A stretch of 34,790 bases of DNA from Actinomycetota bacterium (lineage in GTDB: Bacteria > Actinomycetota > Actinomycetes > Actinomycetales > Microbacteriaceae): contig WLDR01000001.1 of assembly GCA_009704705.1 (NCBI GenBank), forward strand, positions 1-34,790, in the 5' to 3' direction. Below the pieces are notes generated by a model. It did not search any database and was not told where the DNA came from. It saw only the letters and a program-made list of their open reading frames with translations. This document shows, piece after piece, positions 11,090 to 18,086 of the stretch. The translations under genes and the position numbers were made by a program. Position 1 is the stretch's first letter. Each line of letters begins with the position of its first letter.

Positions 11090-11212
11090 TGCTTCGTCCT
11101 GGTCCCTTCAGCTCGCTCGCGGTGCCAGAACAAGACTATCGTTTGCGAGCTTTCGACCCGGCGCTGACCCCGCCGTACCGCGCCACAAAGTGACGCTGTG
11201 ACGATCTGCCGA

Positions 11213-12973
11213 TTAGTACGTCACGGGCCAGTACGGAGAACCGGTTGTCGAAGGCTCAACGCGATACTCCTTAACAACCTGTTCCATGATGTCGCGGATC
11301 ACCGGAGCGACAGCAGATGTGCTGTTGGACGACGGATTGGCCAGTGTGACGAGTACGACGTATTTTGGGTCATCCGCAGGAATCATGCCGGCGATGGACA
11401 CGACAAAACTCGATGAGTAGGTGCCGTCACCAGCTGACATCTCTGCTGTTCCCGTCTTCGCTGCGACGCGATACCCCGGAATGGTGAGCTGCGGGCCGAG
11501 CCATCCGTCGGTGACAACCCCTTCCAGCATTTGCACAGTCTCGGTCGCCGCAGCAGGCGAGATGACTCGTTCTGCGCCTGGAACGGTTGGTGTCGACACG
11601 GAACCGTCTGGTGCGGTGCAGTCTTCAACGAGTCGAACCGGGAGCCGTACTCCCTCATTCGCAATGGCCTGGTACGCACTCGCCATCTGCACTGCCGTGG
11701 CGGAAAGCCCCTGGCCGAAAAAGAGGTTGTAATACGTTTGGTTGTCCCAGGCGTCGGTGTCATACAGGATGCCGGCCGATTCGCCCAAGAAGCCCACTGA
11801 CGTCGGGGAACCAAGTCCGAACTTCGTCATGTAGTCATAGCGCTGGTCATTCGACAGCGCTTCGCCAAAAAGGCTCATGCCGACGTTGCTGGATTCAACG
11901 ATGACTCCCTGCAGAGTGAGGTTGGCCGCGTGTCCCGAACTGTCTTTCACCCGCGCACCATCAGGAAACTCCATCACGCTCGGCGCATTAACCTGAGACG
12001 AGTGGTCGGCCAAGCCCGCATCAACGAGCATCGCTGCGGTCAATGACTTCATCGTCGAACCCGGCTCGTAGGGGGCCGCAAAAGCGTATGAGCCACGAAA
12101 TTCTTCCGGAGTCCCGTCAATATTGTTGGGGTCGACGGAGGGGTAATCTGCGACTGCCTTGAGCTTGCCCGTCTCAACTTCGAGAACCACGGCAATTCCG
12201 AACGTTGCGCCTTGGGCAGCGGCCTGTGTCGCCAAGGTCTGTTGCGCGTACCACTGCAGGTCGGAGTCAATCGTGAGTCGCAGGTCGGAGCCGGGTCGCG
12301 CCTTGACTTCGGTCACGGTGCTACCCGGGATGCGAACCCCGTCAGCACCTCGTTCGTACGTCTCTTGCCCGTTAACGCCGGCCAGGCACTCATCTTCGGT
12401 GAGTTCGATTCCCGCCAACGCGGTGCCATCCGACCCAACATAACCGAGCAGATTTCCTGCTACCGACCCGTTTGGGTACGTGCGACTCGGTGCTTGTTCA
12501 AAGTAGAGCCAGGGAATGTCCAGCTCATTGAGCGCGCGAAACGCTTGAACGTCGACACTCCGTGCCACATAGGCAAAATCAGAATCAGGGTTCTCCGCGA
12601 GCTCGTCCGCAACAATCTTGAGAATGTCTTCGGGCTTCTGCTTTGTAATCGCCCCGATCTCGGTTGCTGCCTGGGCGAGCGTGACGGTGACGATGGATGA
12701 TCCACTCCCCCGCTCAAAATCGCGAGCATTGCGAGGCGACATTGTGATGTCATAGCGCATGACCGCGTCGGCGAGCACCTTGCCGCTGGAGTCGGTAATC
12801 GTGCCTCGCGGCGCGAAAACCGTTGCCGGAAGAGACATTTTTCCGGCCGATGCCTCGTTGTATTCCGCGGCGCTGACAATTTGAATGTCAATGAGACGAA
12901 CGACCACCAGAGCAAAAAAGGCGACGACAAAGACCAAAGTTGCGGTCACACGCAATCGGGTTGTTCGTCTCAC
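11213..12973 (-). CDS. ftsI: Class B penicillin-binding protein / division transpeptidase FtsI (PBP3-like)
   Basis: SxxK (GSTMKS), SxN (ESSNVG) and KTGTA motifs, with N-terminal TM segment TATLVFVVAFFALVVV. I place the start at the in-frame GTG 12973, which has GAAGG 6 nt upstream and lies 20 nt after the upstream gene's stop. The tracked 673-aa ORF (to 13234) would overlap the upstream gene by 239 nt. Confidence 0.88.
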   Translation of the reverse strand: MRRTTRLRVTATLVFVVAFFALVVVRLIDIQIVSAAEYNEASAGKMSLPATVFAPRGTITDSSGKVLADAVMRYDITMSPRNARDFERGSGSSIVTVTLAQAATEIGAITKQKPEDILKIVADELAENPDSDFAYVARSVDVQAFRALNELDIPWLYFEQAPSRTYPNGSVAGNLLGYVGSDGTALAGIELTEDECLAGVNGQETYERGADGVRIPGSTVTEVKARPGSDLRLTIDSDLQWYAQQTLATQAAAQGATFGIAVVLEVETGKLKAVADYPSVDPNNIDGTPEEFRGSYAFAAPYEPGSTMKSLTAAMLVDAGLADHSSQVNAPSVMEFPDGARVKDSSGHAANLTLQGVIVESSNVGMSLFGEALSNDQRYDYMTKFGLGSPTSVGFLGESAGILYDTDAWDNQTYYNLFFGQGLSATAVQMASAYQAIANEGVRLPVRLVEDCTAPDGSVSTPTVPGAERVISPAAATETVQMLEGVVTDGWLGPQLTIPGYRVAAKTGTAEMSAGDGTYSSSFVVSIAGMIPADDPKYVVLVTLANPSSNSTSAVAPVIRDIMEQVVKEYRVEPSTTGSPYWPVTY

Positions 12974-12995
12974 GTTTGCCTTCTGTGTACGCGGT

Positions 12996-13667
12996 TTATC
13001 TGGTCGATAGGCCAGGAAGCCCGTTAGACAACGGTACGGGTCCGGTTGGTGCCGGAGCCGCTGGCGCGCCGGGTTGGGTGGTGCCGACGGAAGCCGTAGC
13101 TGCCGCCCCATCGGCGGGTGCTGTTGTGACGAGTGCAACGCCGGACAGAAGGGAGTTCGGTACGAGCGAACCTCCGTCGCTCGCGACAAGATTCTTGAAA
13201 CCGTCTCCAGAAGTTGGCGAACCGAGTACTGCACCGTCCGAAAGACGCAGGTAGGCGGGGGTGTTGTTCGACAACATGCCCAGCGCCTCAGCGTTGAGTG
13301 CCAAGTGCTGTGGAGAAGCCAGTCGGTCGATTTCCTGCGTCATCTGTTGATACGAACGCGTGGCTTCTTTGTTGGCTGCTTGAAGAGAGGCAATTTCATA
13401 TGCGCCGCTCTCCGTCGCAACGCTCAACAGCATCTGTATCACCATCACACCGAACATGACGCCGGCCGTGACGTAAGAAAAAAATGCCCTCGGTCGCCTG
13501 CGCTGACGCGGTTGCGACGAAGCTGATGTGCGCGAGCTGCGCTCCGTCGGCTTGACTGCAACGAGGTGCCGAACCGGGAGTGCAGTCGATCCCGTGCGTC
13601 TGGGTGCCACAAGACCCTGCCTGGAAATCGAGAGTTCTGGACGACGAACGTGCGCGTTCATACTCAT
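12996..13667 (-). CDS. ftsL: FtsL-like bitopic division protein with a Pro/Ala-rich extracytoplasmic tail (position and architecture like M. tuberculosis Rv2164c)
   Basis: 223 aa between rsmH and ftsI. Basic N-terminus, single TM segment FFSYVTAGVMFGVMVIQMLL, short coiled-coil-like segment YEIASLQAANKEATRSYQQMTQEIDRLASPQHLALNAEALGM. ATGA overlap with the rsmH stop. The call rests on position and architecture, not a strong motif. Confidence 0.6.
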   Translation of the reverse strand: MSMNAHVRRPELSISRQGLVAPRRTGSTALPVRHLVAVKPTERSSRTSASSQPRQRRRPRAFFSYVTAGVMFGVMVIQMLLSVATESGAYEIASLQAANKEATRSYQQMTQEIDRLASPQHLALNAEALGMLSNNTPAYLRLSDGAVLGSPTSGDGFKNLVASDGGSLVPNSLLSGVALVTTAPADGAAATASVGTTQPGAPAAPAPTGPVPLSNGLPGLSTR

Positions 13668-14617
13668 GCCGCGTCCCTCACTCGTTCGACCGCACGAATT
13701 CTCACCGGCGTCGCCCGTGGGTTCGCAGCCTTTTCTTCGTCACTCGCGAGTTCTGCACCGCGCGTGAGCAGGCGAAAGGTTGGCGCGAGGGCGGCGATGC
13801 CCACGGGAACACCGGCGGGCGTTCCGTCTGTGGTGACCTCGGCGAATTCCGCCTTGACGATGCGATCCTCGAGTGACTGGTAGGACAACACAACAACGCG
13901 GCCTCCCACGCGGGTGGCCTTGAGCGCCTGCGGAATCGCTCGGTGCAATACAGCAAGCTCTTCGTTGACGTGAATGCGTAGAGCTTGAAAAACGCGTTTC
14001 GCCGGGTGCCCTGCGTTCATGAGGGCGGCCGGTGTCGCCTTCTGAAGGATGTCGACGAGCTGCCCGCTCGTTTCGATCGGTGCGTTCGATCGCGCATCCA
14101 CAATCGCCCGCGCATATCGCGGCGCAAGCTTCTCGTCGCCGAATCGACGGAAGATGGAAGCCAGCTCGTCCGCTGTGAGGGTGGCAACGGCATCTGCTGC
14201 AGTGATGCCGGTGGTTTGGTCCATACGCATGTCGAGCGGGGCATCCTGCGCATAGGCGAAGCCGCGATCGGCACGGTCAAGTTGCAGTGACGAAACACCG
14301 AGATCAAACAAGAAGCCACTTACCCGAGGGGTTGCAAGGCGATCGAGCACATCGGTGATTTCGTCGTAAACCGCGTGCACGAGCTCGATGCGGTCAGCGA
14401 ATGGTGCCAATCGCTCCCCCGCAATTCGAAGGGCATCGGTATCCCGGTCAATGCCGATGAGTCGCAGCTGCGGAAAGCGCGTCAGGAATGCTTCGGCGTG
14501 CCCGGCCATTCCCAGTGTTGCGTCAACGAGCACTGCTTCAGGGCCAGAGAGCGCGGGCTCGAGAAGTTCGATGCAGCGCTCGAGCGATACGGGGATATGA
14601 ATTTGTCGAATGTCCAT
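13664..14617 (-). CDS. rsmH: 16S rRNA (cytosine1402-N4)-methyltransferase RsmH (MraW)
   Basis: 317 aa. HIPVSLERCIELL...LVDATLGMAGHAEAFL, FDLGVSSLQLD and SYQSLEDRIVK motifs. Second gene of the dcw cluster. Confidence 0.95.
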   Translation of the reverse strand: MDIRQIHIPVSLERCIELLEPALSGPEAVLVDATLGMAGHAEAFLTRFPQLRLIGIDRDTDALRIAGERLAPFADRIELVHAVYDEITDVLDRLATPRVSGFLFDLGVSSLQLDRADRGFAYAQDAPLDMRMDQTTGITAADAVATLTADELASIFRRFGDEKLAPRYARAIVDARSNAPIETSGQLVDILQKATPAALMNAGHPAKRVFQALRIHVNEELAVLHRAIPQALKATRVGGRVVVLSYQSLEDRIVKAEFAEVTTDGTPAGVPVGIAALAPTFRLLTRGAELASDEEKAANPRATPVRIRAVERVRDAA

Positions 14618-14639
14618 GTTGTATCCGCCTGGGGCGTTG

Positions 14640-14715
14640 GGTTTTGATTCCCCTCCGTCTCGAGCCGGCTACCGGGGAAGTGATTTCCGGATGAGACTGG
14701 CGAGGAGTCAAAACC
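14640..14715 (-). other. Long imperfect inverted repeat (potential RNA stem-loop) filling the mraZ-rsmH spacer
   Basis: GGTTTTGA (14640-14647) pairs with TCAAAACC (14708-14715). Inner GTCTC/GAGAC arms pair, and there is an apical CCGGGGAA-GTGA-TTTCCGG hairpin. Read by eye; no folding energy was computed. Confidence 0.3.
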
Positions 14716-14721
14716 AAACGA

Positions 14722-15153
14722 CTAAAAGAGGCCGGGAATCACCTCCTCGTCGGTACCTGAGAAGGTGGACTCGTGTTCGGCAAGGTAGGTATCCCACGCA
14801 CCTGAGTCCCAAATTTCGACCCGGTTTCCCGCACCAATGACAGTGAGATCGTGACGAAGGCCTGCGTACTCGCGCAGGTTTGCTGGAATCGTGATCCGGT
14901 TTTGCTTGTCGGGCATCTCCGCACTCGCGCCGGAGAGAAATACGCGGAGAAAATCACGGGCCACTTTGCTCGTGACAGGCGCTTGGCGAATCTTTTCGTG
15001 GAGCGATTCGAACTCACGTGATGTGAAGACGTAGAGACAGTTCTCTTGCCCACGAGTTACCACGATGCCGGCCGCGAGTTCGTCGCGGAACTTGGCCGGC
15101 AGAATGACGCGCCCTTTGTCGTCGAGTTTGGGTGCGTGGGCTCCAAGGAACAT
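14722..15153 (-). CDS. mraZ: Transcriptional regulator MraZ
   Basis: 143 aa. [26 protein letters not shown] plus a second SpoVT/AbrB-like repeat ([18 protein letters not shown]). First gene of the dcw cluster. Confidence 0.95.
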   Translation of the reverse strand: MFLGAHAPKLDDKGRVILPAKFRDELAAGIVVTRGQENCLYVFTSREFESLHEKIRQAPVTSKVARDFLRVFLSGASAEMPDKQNRITIPANLREYAGLRHDLTVIGAGNRVEIWDSGAWDTYLAEHESTFSGTDEEVIPGLF

Positions 15154-15185
15154 TTCGGCGCACCTCCCCTCTATTCCGGCCAGTC

Positions 15186-15224
15186 AAGTGGTACTCCCCC
15201 ACTTTACTCCACTTTGCACCACAA
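15186..15224 (-). promoter_or_regulatory. Putative MraZ operator: three direct GTGGN boxes at exact 10-bp spacing plus one inverted copy, 35-70 nt upstream of the mraZ ATG
   Basis: The minus strand reads GTGGTgcaaaGTGGAgtaaaGTGGGggagtACCAC. Plus-strand coordinates are CCCAC 15198-15202, TCCAC 15208-15212, ACCAC 15218-15222 and the inverted GTGGT 15188-15192. An AT-rich stretch immediately upstream (15225-15300) probably carries the promoter. Confidence 0.55.
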
Positions 15225-15327
15225 AAAAGCAAAAACGAGCAATATTTTTACATTGAAGGATAAAAACTGAGTAATTTACTGGCTTTATTGGGTGGAGGAA
15301 AATGGAGTGCGTGCCCAGTTTTTGGGC

Positions 15328-15357
15328 AAAAAAAGCGCCACCCCGAAGGGTGGCGCT
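15328..15357 (-). terminator. Rho-independent terminator of the DUF3040 gene
   Basis: The minus strand reads AGCGCCACCC-TTCG-GGGTGGCGCT followed by TTTTTTT. This is a 10-bp perfect GC-rich stem with a 4-nt loop, starting 22 nt after the stop at 15379. Confidence 0.85.
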
Positions 15358-15378
15358 GGGGTGACTCAGATCTTGGAG

Positions 15379-15732
15379 CTAGCCGCGACCCTCTTTGCGG
15401 TCTTCCCACTGCTGTTCCATGCGCTGCATGAAACCACCAGCACGAGCCGGACGAGTCTTGGCCGACACCGCAGTTGCCGACGCCGGGCGGCTGGCCACAA
15501 TGACTCCGACAAAGACAACCGCAAAGCCGGCGACGCCGACGAGAATCATTTGGGCCATGACTCCGGCGATCATGACGCCGATTCCAGCAACGGCGATAAT
15601 CACGCCCATCGTGAGGAATCGATAGTTCGGCCGCATCCGCTCACCTCGGGCAGAAACCACATCGGCGTCGCCGCCATACAGGTTTCGTTCCATTTCGTCG
15701 AGCATGCGCTGCTCGTGCTCAGACAAGGGCAT
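15379..15732 (-). CDS. DUF3040-family small membrane protein (Rv2169c-like)
   Basis: MPLSEHEQRMLDEMERNLY N-terminal signature followed by two hydrophobic segments. I prefer the ATG at 15732 (GGAGG 5 nt upstream) over the tracked TTG at 15744. Confidence 0.8.
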   Translation of the reverse strand: MPLSEHEQRMLDEMERNLYGGDADVVSARGERMRPNYRFLTMGVIIAVAGIGVMIAGVMAQMILVGVAGFAVVFVGVIVASRPASATAVSAKTRPARAGGFMQRMEQQWEDRKEGRG

Positions 15733-15800
15733 GTGCACCTCCAATTCGGTCGAACAAAGTTGAGAAGTCGTTGGACAAGTGTAACCCGGCTCCGCATGGA

Positions 15801-15806
15801 TAGGCT
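15801..15806 (+). promoter_or_regulatory. -10-like TAGGCT hexamer 6 nt upstream of the polyprenyl synthase GTG (possible leaderless transcript)
   Basis: It fits the actinobacterial TAnnnT pattern, there is no Shine-Dalgarno sequence before GTG 15813, and no clear -35 element. Weak, sequence-only. Confidence 0.2.
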
Positions 15807-15812
15807 AGGCGA

Positions 15813-16889
15813 GTGGCGGAACAAGACGAATGGGTGACTCGCGTCAGCAGTCGGATCCAGGATTTTCTCAGCGAGCGCGCGAGCGAAATGGACCCCCTGG
15901 GTCCCGACGTCGCTCCATTCGATGCGTTTGCTCGCCAATTCCTTAACGGAGGCAAGCGCTTCCGCGCGCTGTGCACCGTTCTGGGTTTCCGGATTCACGG
16001 CACAGCGGTCACGAACAATGTCATCGACATGGCTTCCGCTCTCGAAATTTTTCATGCCGCGGCTCTCGTGCATGACGACATCATGGACAACTCGGACACC
16101 CGTCGAGGACAGCCCTCGGCCCACCGCGCATTTGAATCCGTGCATTCGGGAGCATCGTGGGCCGGTGACCCCGCCTCGTTTGGCGTTAATTCAGCGCTCC
16201 TGTTCGGTGACCTGCTTCTCGCGTACAGTGACGAACTCGTGAACGCCGCGCTCGACGATGCCGATCGCAACACTCGCCTTCGTACGCGTGTTGAATTTGA
16301 TCGCATGCGCCGTGAAGTCACGATGGGTCAATACCTCGACATCGTGGAAGAACGGGCGTGGCCTCGCGTCGACTCTGCAGACGCCTTAGATAGAGCAGGA
16401 AGGGTCGTCGTCTACAAGTCGGCGAAGTATTCAATTGAGGCGCCACTGCTCATCGGCGCAGTGCTCGGCGGGGCAAGCGAACGGGACGTGGACACTCTGC
16501 GCGCATTTGGACTCCCCCTCGGCTTTGCGTTCCAGCTTCGCGATGACGTTCTCGGAGTGTTCGGAGACCCCGCCGTCACGGGAAAGCCCGCAGGTGACGA
16601 CATTCGCGAAGGTAAGCGCACCGTGCTCATCGCCCTGGCGATGTCTCGAGTGAGCGCATCCGAACAGCGACTGCTCAACGAGTTGCTCGGGGATCGTTCG
16701 TTGAGCGCAGAGCAGGTCAGGGTTGTGCAAAACACCTTGGAAAGTTGTGGCGCCCGCGATGAAGTGGAGTCACTTATTACGGACTATGTGGCCCAGGCGC
16801 ACGCGGCTATCGAAACAAGTGATTTCGCCGAGTCGTCGCAAGTTGCCTTGCGAGACCTCGTAGCCGGTGTTACCAACCGAGTTTCCTGA
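15813..16889 (+). CDS. idsA: Polyprenyl diphosphate synthase (geranylgeranyl diphosphate synthase-like, Rv2173/IdsA2-like)
   Basis: 358 aa. First Asp-rich motif LVHDDIMDNSDTRRG and second motif FQLRDDVLGVFGD. Chain length and product specificity cannot be read from the sequence. Confidence 0.88.
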   Translation: MAEQDEWVTRVSSRIQDFLSERASEMDPLGPDVAPFDAFARQFLNGGKRFRALCTVLGFRIHGTAVTNNVIDMASALEIFHAAALVHDDIMDNSDTRRGQPSAHRAFESVHSGASWAGDPASFGVNSALLFGDLLLAYSDELVNAALDDADRNTRLRTRVEFDRMRREVTMGQYLDIVEERAWPRVDSADALDRAGRVVVYKSAKYSIEAPLLIGAVLGGASERDVDTLRAFGLPLGFAFQLRDDVLGVFGDPAVTGKPAGDDIREGKRTVLIALAMSRVSASEQRLLNELLGDRSLSAEQVRVVQNTLESCGARDEVESLITDYVAQAHAAIETSDFAESSQVALRDLVAGVTNRVS

Positions 16890-16903
16890 GCACAGGCTTC
16901 TCA

Positions 16904-17395
16904 TCACGCCAGAGTCATTGCGACTCGGCGCACCTCCGCCTTTCGACCCGAGCGCAGAGCGTCGATGGGTGTTGCGCCCAACGCGTCATCTTCGCTGACG
17001 AGCCATCGCACAATCTCGTCGTCGGTGAAGTGAAGGTCACTGAGAACAATGGCTGTGCCATGCAGTTCCGTGAGAACGTCACGGTCGCGGATGAAGCTGG
17101 CAGGAACGACGAGCACCCCGTCGCGTCGCACCGCAACGAGATGCCGATCTTCGATCAAGCGACGAACCTGGCTTTGAGTTCGTCCGAGAACCTCAACGAG
17201 GTCGGGTACCGTCAACCACTCAAGGTCGTCGAAAACGTCATGTGCCACAGTGATTGAGTTTGCCACGCCATTTGCTTGACGCAAAACGCCGAGACTAATG
17301 CCCGGTGTTCGCCGGATGCATGGGGATACTCGAGTCACGACGTTGACACGGGAGGGCGGTGAGTATCGTGGGCGAACCACATTTTCGTTCGACAC
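16904..17395 (-). CDS. Rv2175c-like winged-helix DNA-binding protein; start codon uncertain
   Basis: LTVPDLVEVLGRTQSQVRRLIEDRHLVAVRRDGVLVVPASF...DDEIVRWL resembles M. tuberculosis Rv2175c (the PknL substrate). The full ORF overlaps the divergent LysM ORF by 37 nt, so an internal GTG/TTG start between about 17251 and 17340 is likely. Confidence 0.72.
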   Translation of the reverse strand: MSNENVVRPRYSPPSRVNVVTRVSPCIRRTPGISLGVLRQANGVANSITVAHDVFDDLEWLTVPDLVEVLGRTQSQVRRLIEDRHLVAVRRDGVLVVPASFIRDRDVLTELHGTAIVLSDLHFTDDEIVRWLVSEDDALGATPIDALRSGRKAEVRRVAMTLA

Positions 17396-18012
17396 ATACG
17401 GCGAGCGCCCCGGTCATTCGTGACTCGTCACGACGTCACACCGGAGTCGTCGCGCTTCTGCGCCGAGCTCGCGCCAAGACGTCCATCGCTGTCACTGCTG
17501 CAATTGGACTCGTCTTCGGGGGTGTTATCGCAGATGTCCCCGCGCGCGCTTCCGATGAGCCCAGAGACTCTCCGCAACCCGGGTTCGGTGGTTCTCGACC
17601 TGTTTCAAGCCCCAACCCCGCAAAGCCAGGCGAAATTCGTCCTCGCACACACACGGTTGAAGCGGGTGACACTCTTTCGACGATTGCAGCTCGCTACGGA
17701 ATTTCGACCGCCGGGCTGCTCACGGCAAACGGCTTGAGCTGGAAGACGATGATCTTCGCGGGACAGGTGTTGCACATCCCCCAGTTTTCTTCGGACCCGT
17801 ATGACCGCAGTGAACCAGAGGTGCTCTCGCGTTATCGCGTAGCGGCCGGTGACTCACTGGCCAGCATCGCCAGCTTCTACGGTGTTCAACCACTAGCGCT
17901 GATGACAGCCAATGGCTTGGGCCCGCAGAGTCGTTTGGTCGTGGGTCAGCGACTCGTTGTTCCGAATGCAGAGATCATGGGAGAAATTCCCGCGCCGGGG
18001 GCTTCGAATTAG
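17359..18012 (+). CDS. Membrane-anchored or secreted protein with two LysM peptidoglycan-binding domains
   Basis: Two LysM repeats: HTVEAGDTLSTIAARYGISTAGLLTANGL...AGQVLHIP and YRVAAGDSLASIASFYGVQPLALMTANGL...VGQRLVVP. Hydrophobic segment IAVTAAIGLVFGGVIADVPARA, with a possible AxA cleavage site. GGAGG lies upstream. The start is GTG 17359 or 17368. Confidence 0.85.
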   Translation: MSIVGEPHFRSTHTASAPVIRDSSRRHTGVVALLRRARAKTSIAVTAAIGLVFGGVIADVPARASDEPRDSPQPGFGGSRPVSSPNPAKPGEIRPRTHTVEAGDTLSTIAARYGISTAGLLTANGLSWKTMIFAGQVLHIPQFSSDPYDRSEPEVLSRYRVAAGDSLASIASFYGVQPLALMTANGLGPQSRLVVGQRLVVPNAEIMGEIPAPGASN

Positions 18013-18086
18013 CTCCAGCGCGAATCGGCAATCACGGTGACACTGAGGTTTTTCGTGTGTTTCGCTCCCGCTAGCTCACACACCCG

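Noticed and set aside
12974-13234. 87-codon N-terminal extension of the ftsI ORF (the track gives 673 aa starting at 13234).
   Set aside because: It would overlap the FtsL-like gene by 239 nt in another frame. The extension is Arg/Pro/Gln-rich and unlike a PBP cytoplasmic tail. An in-frame GTG at 12973 with a GAAGG SD sits just before the TM anchor.
15302-15364. 20-codon mini-ORF (MECVPSFWAKKAPPRRVALG) on the plus strand, preceded by GGAGG and spanning the terminator hairpin.
   Set aside because: The SD-to-ATG spacing is only 3 nt. The ORF is made largely of the reverse strand of the terminator stem and A-run, and nothing suggests plus-strand transcription here. It is most likely coincidental.
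17230-17358. Possible cyclic-di-AMP (ydaO-type) riboswitch upstream of the LysM gene. Such riboswitches often precede cell-wall and LysM genes in actinobacteria.
   Set aside because: The available leader is about 100 nt or less and overlaps the divergent HTH ORF. I could not find the paired conserved ACGGGG/GGGGA-type cores or the pseudo-twofold architecture, only isolated G-runs. A cmscan against Rfam would settle it.
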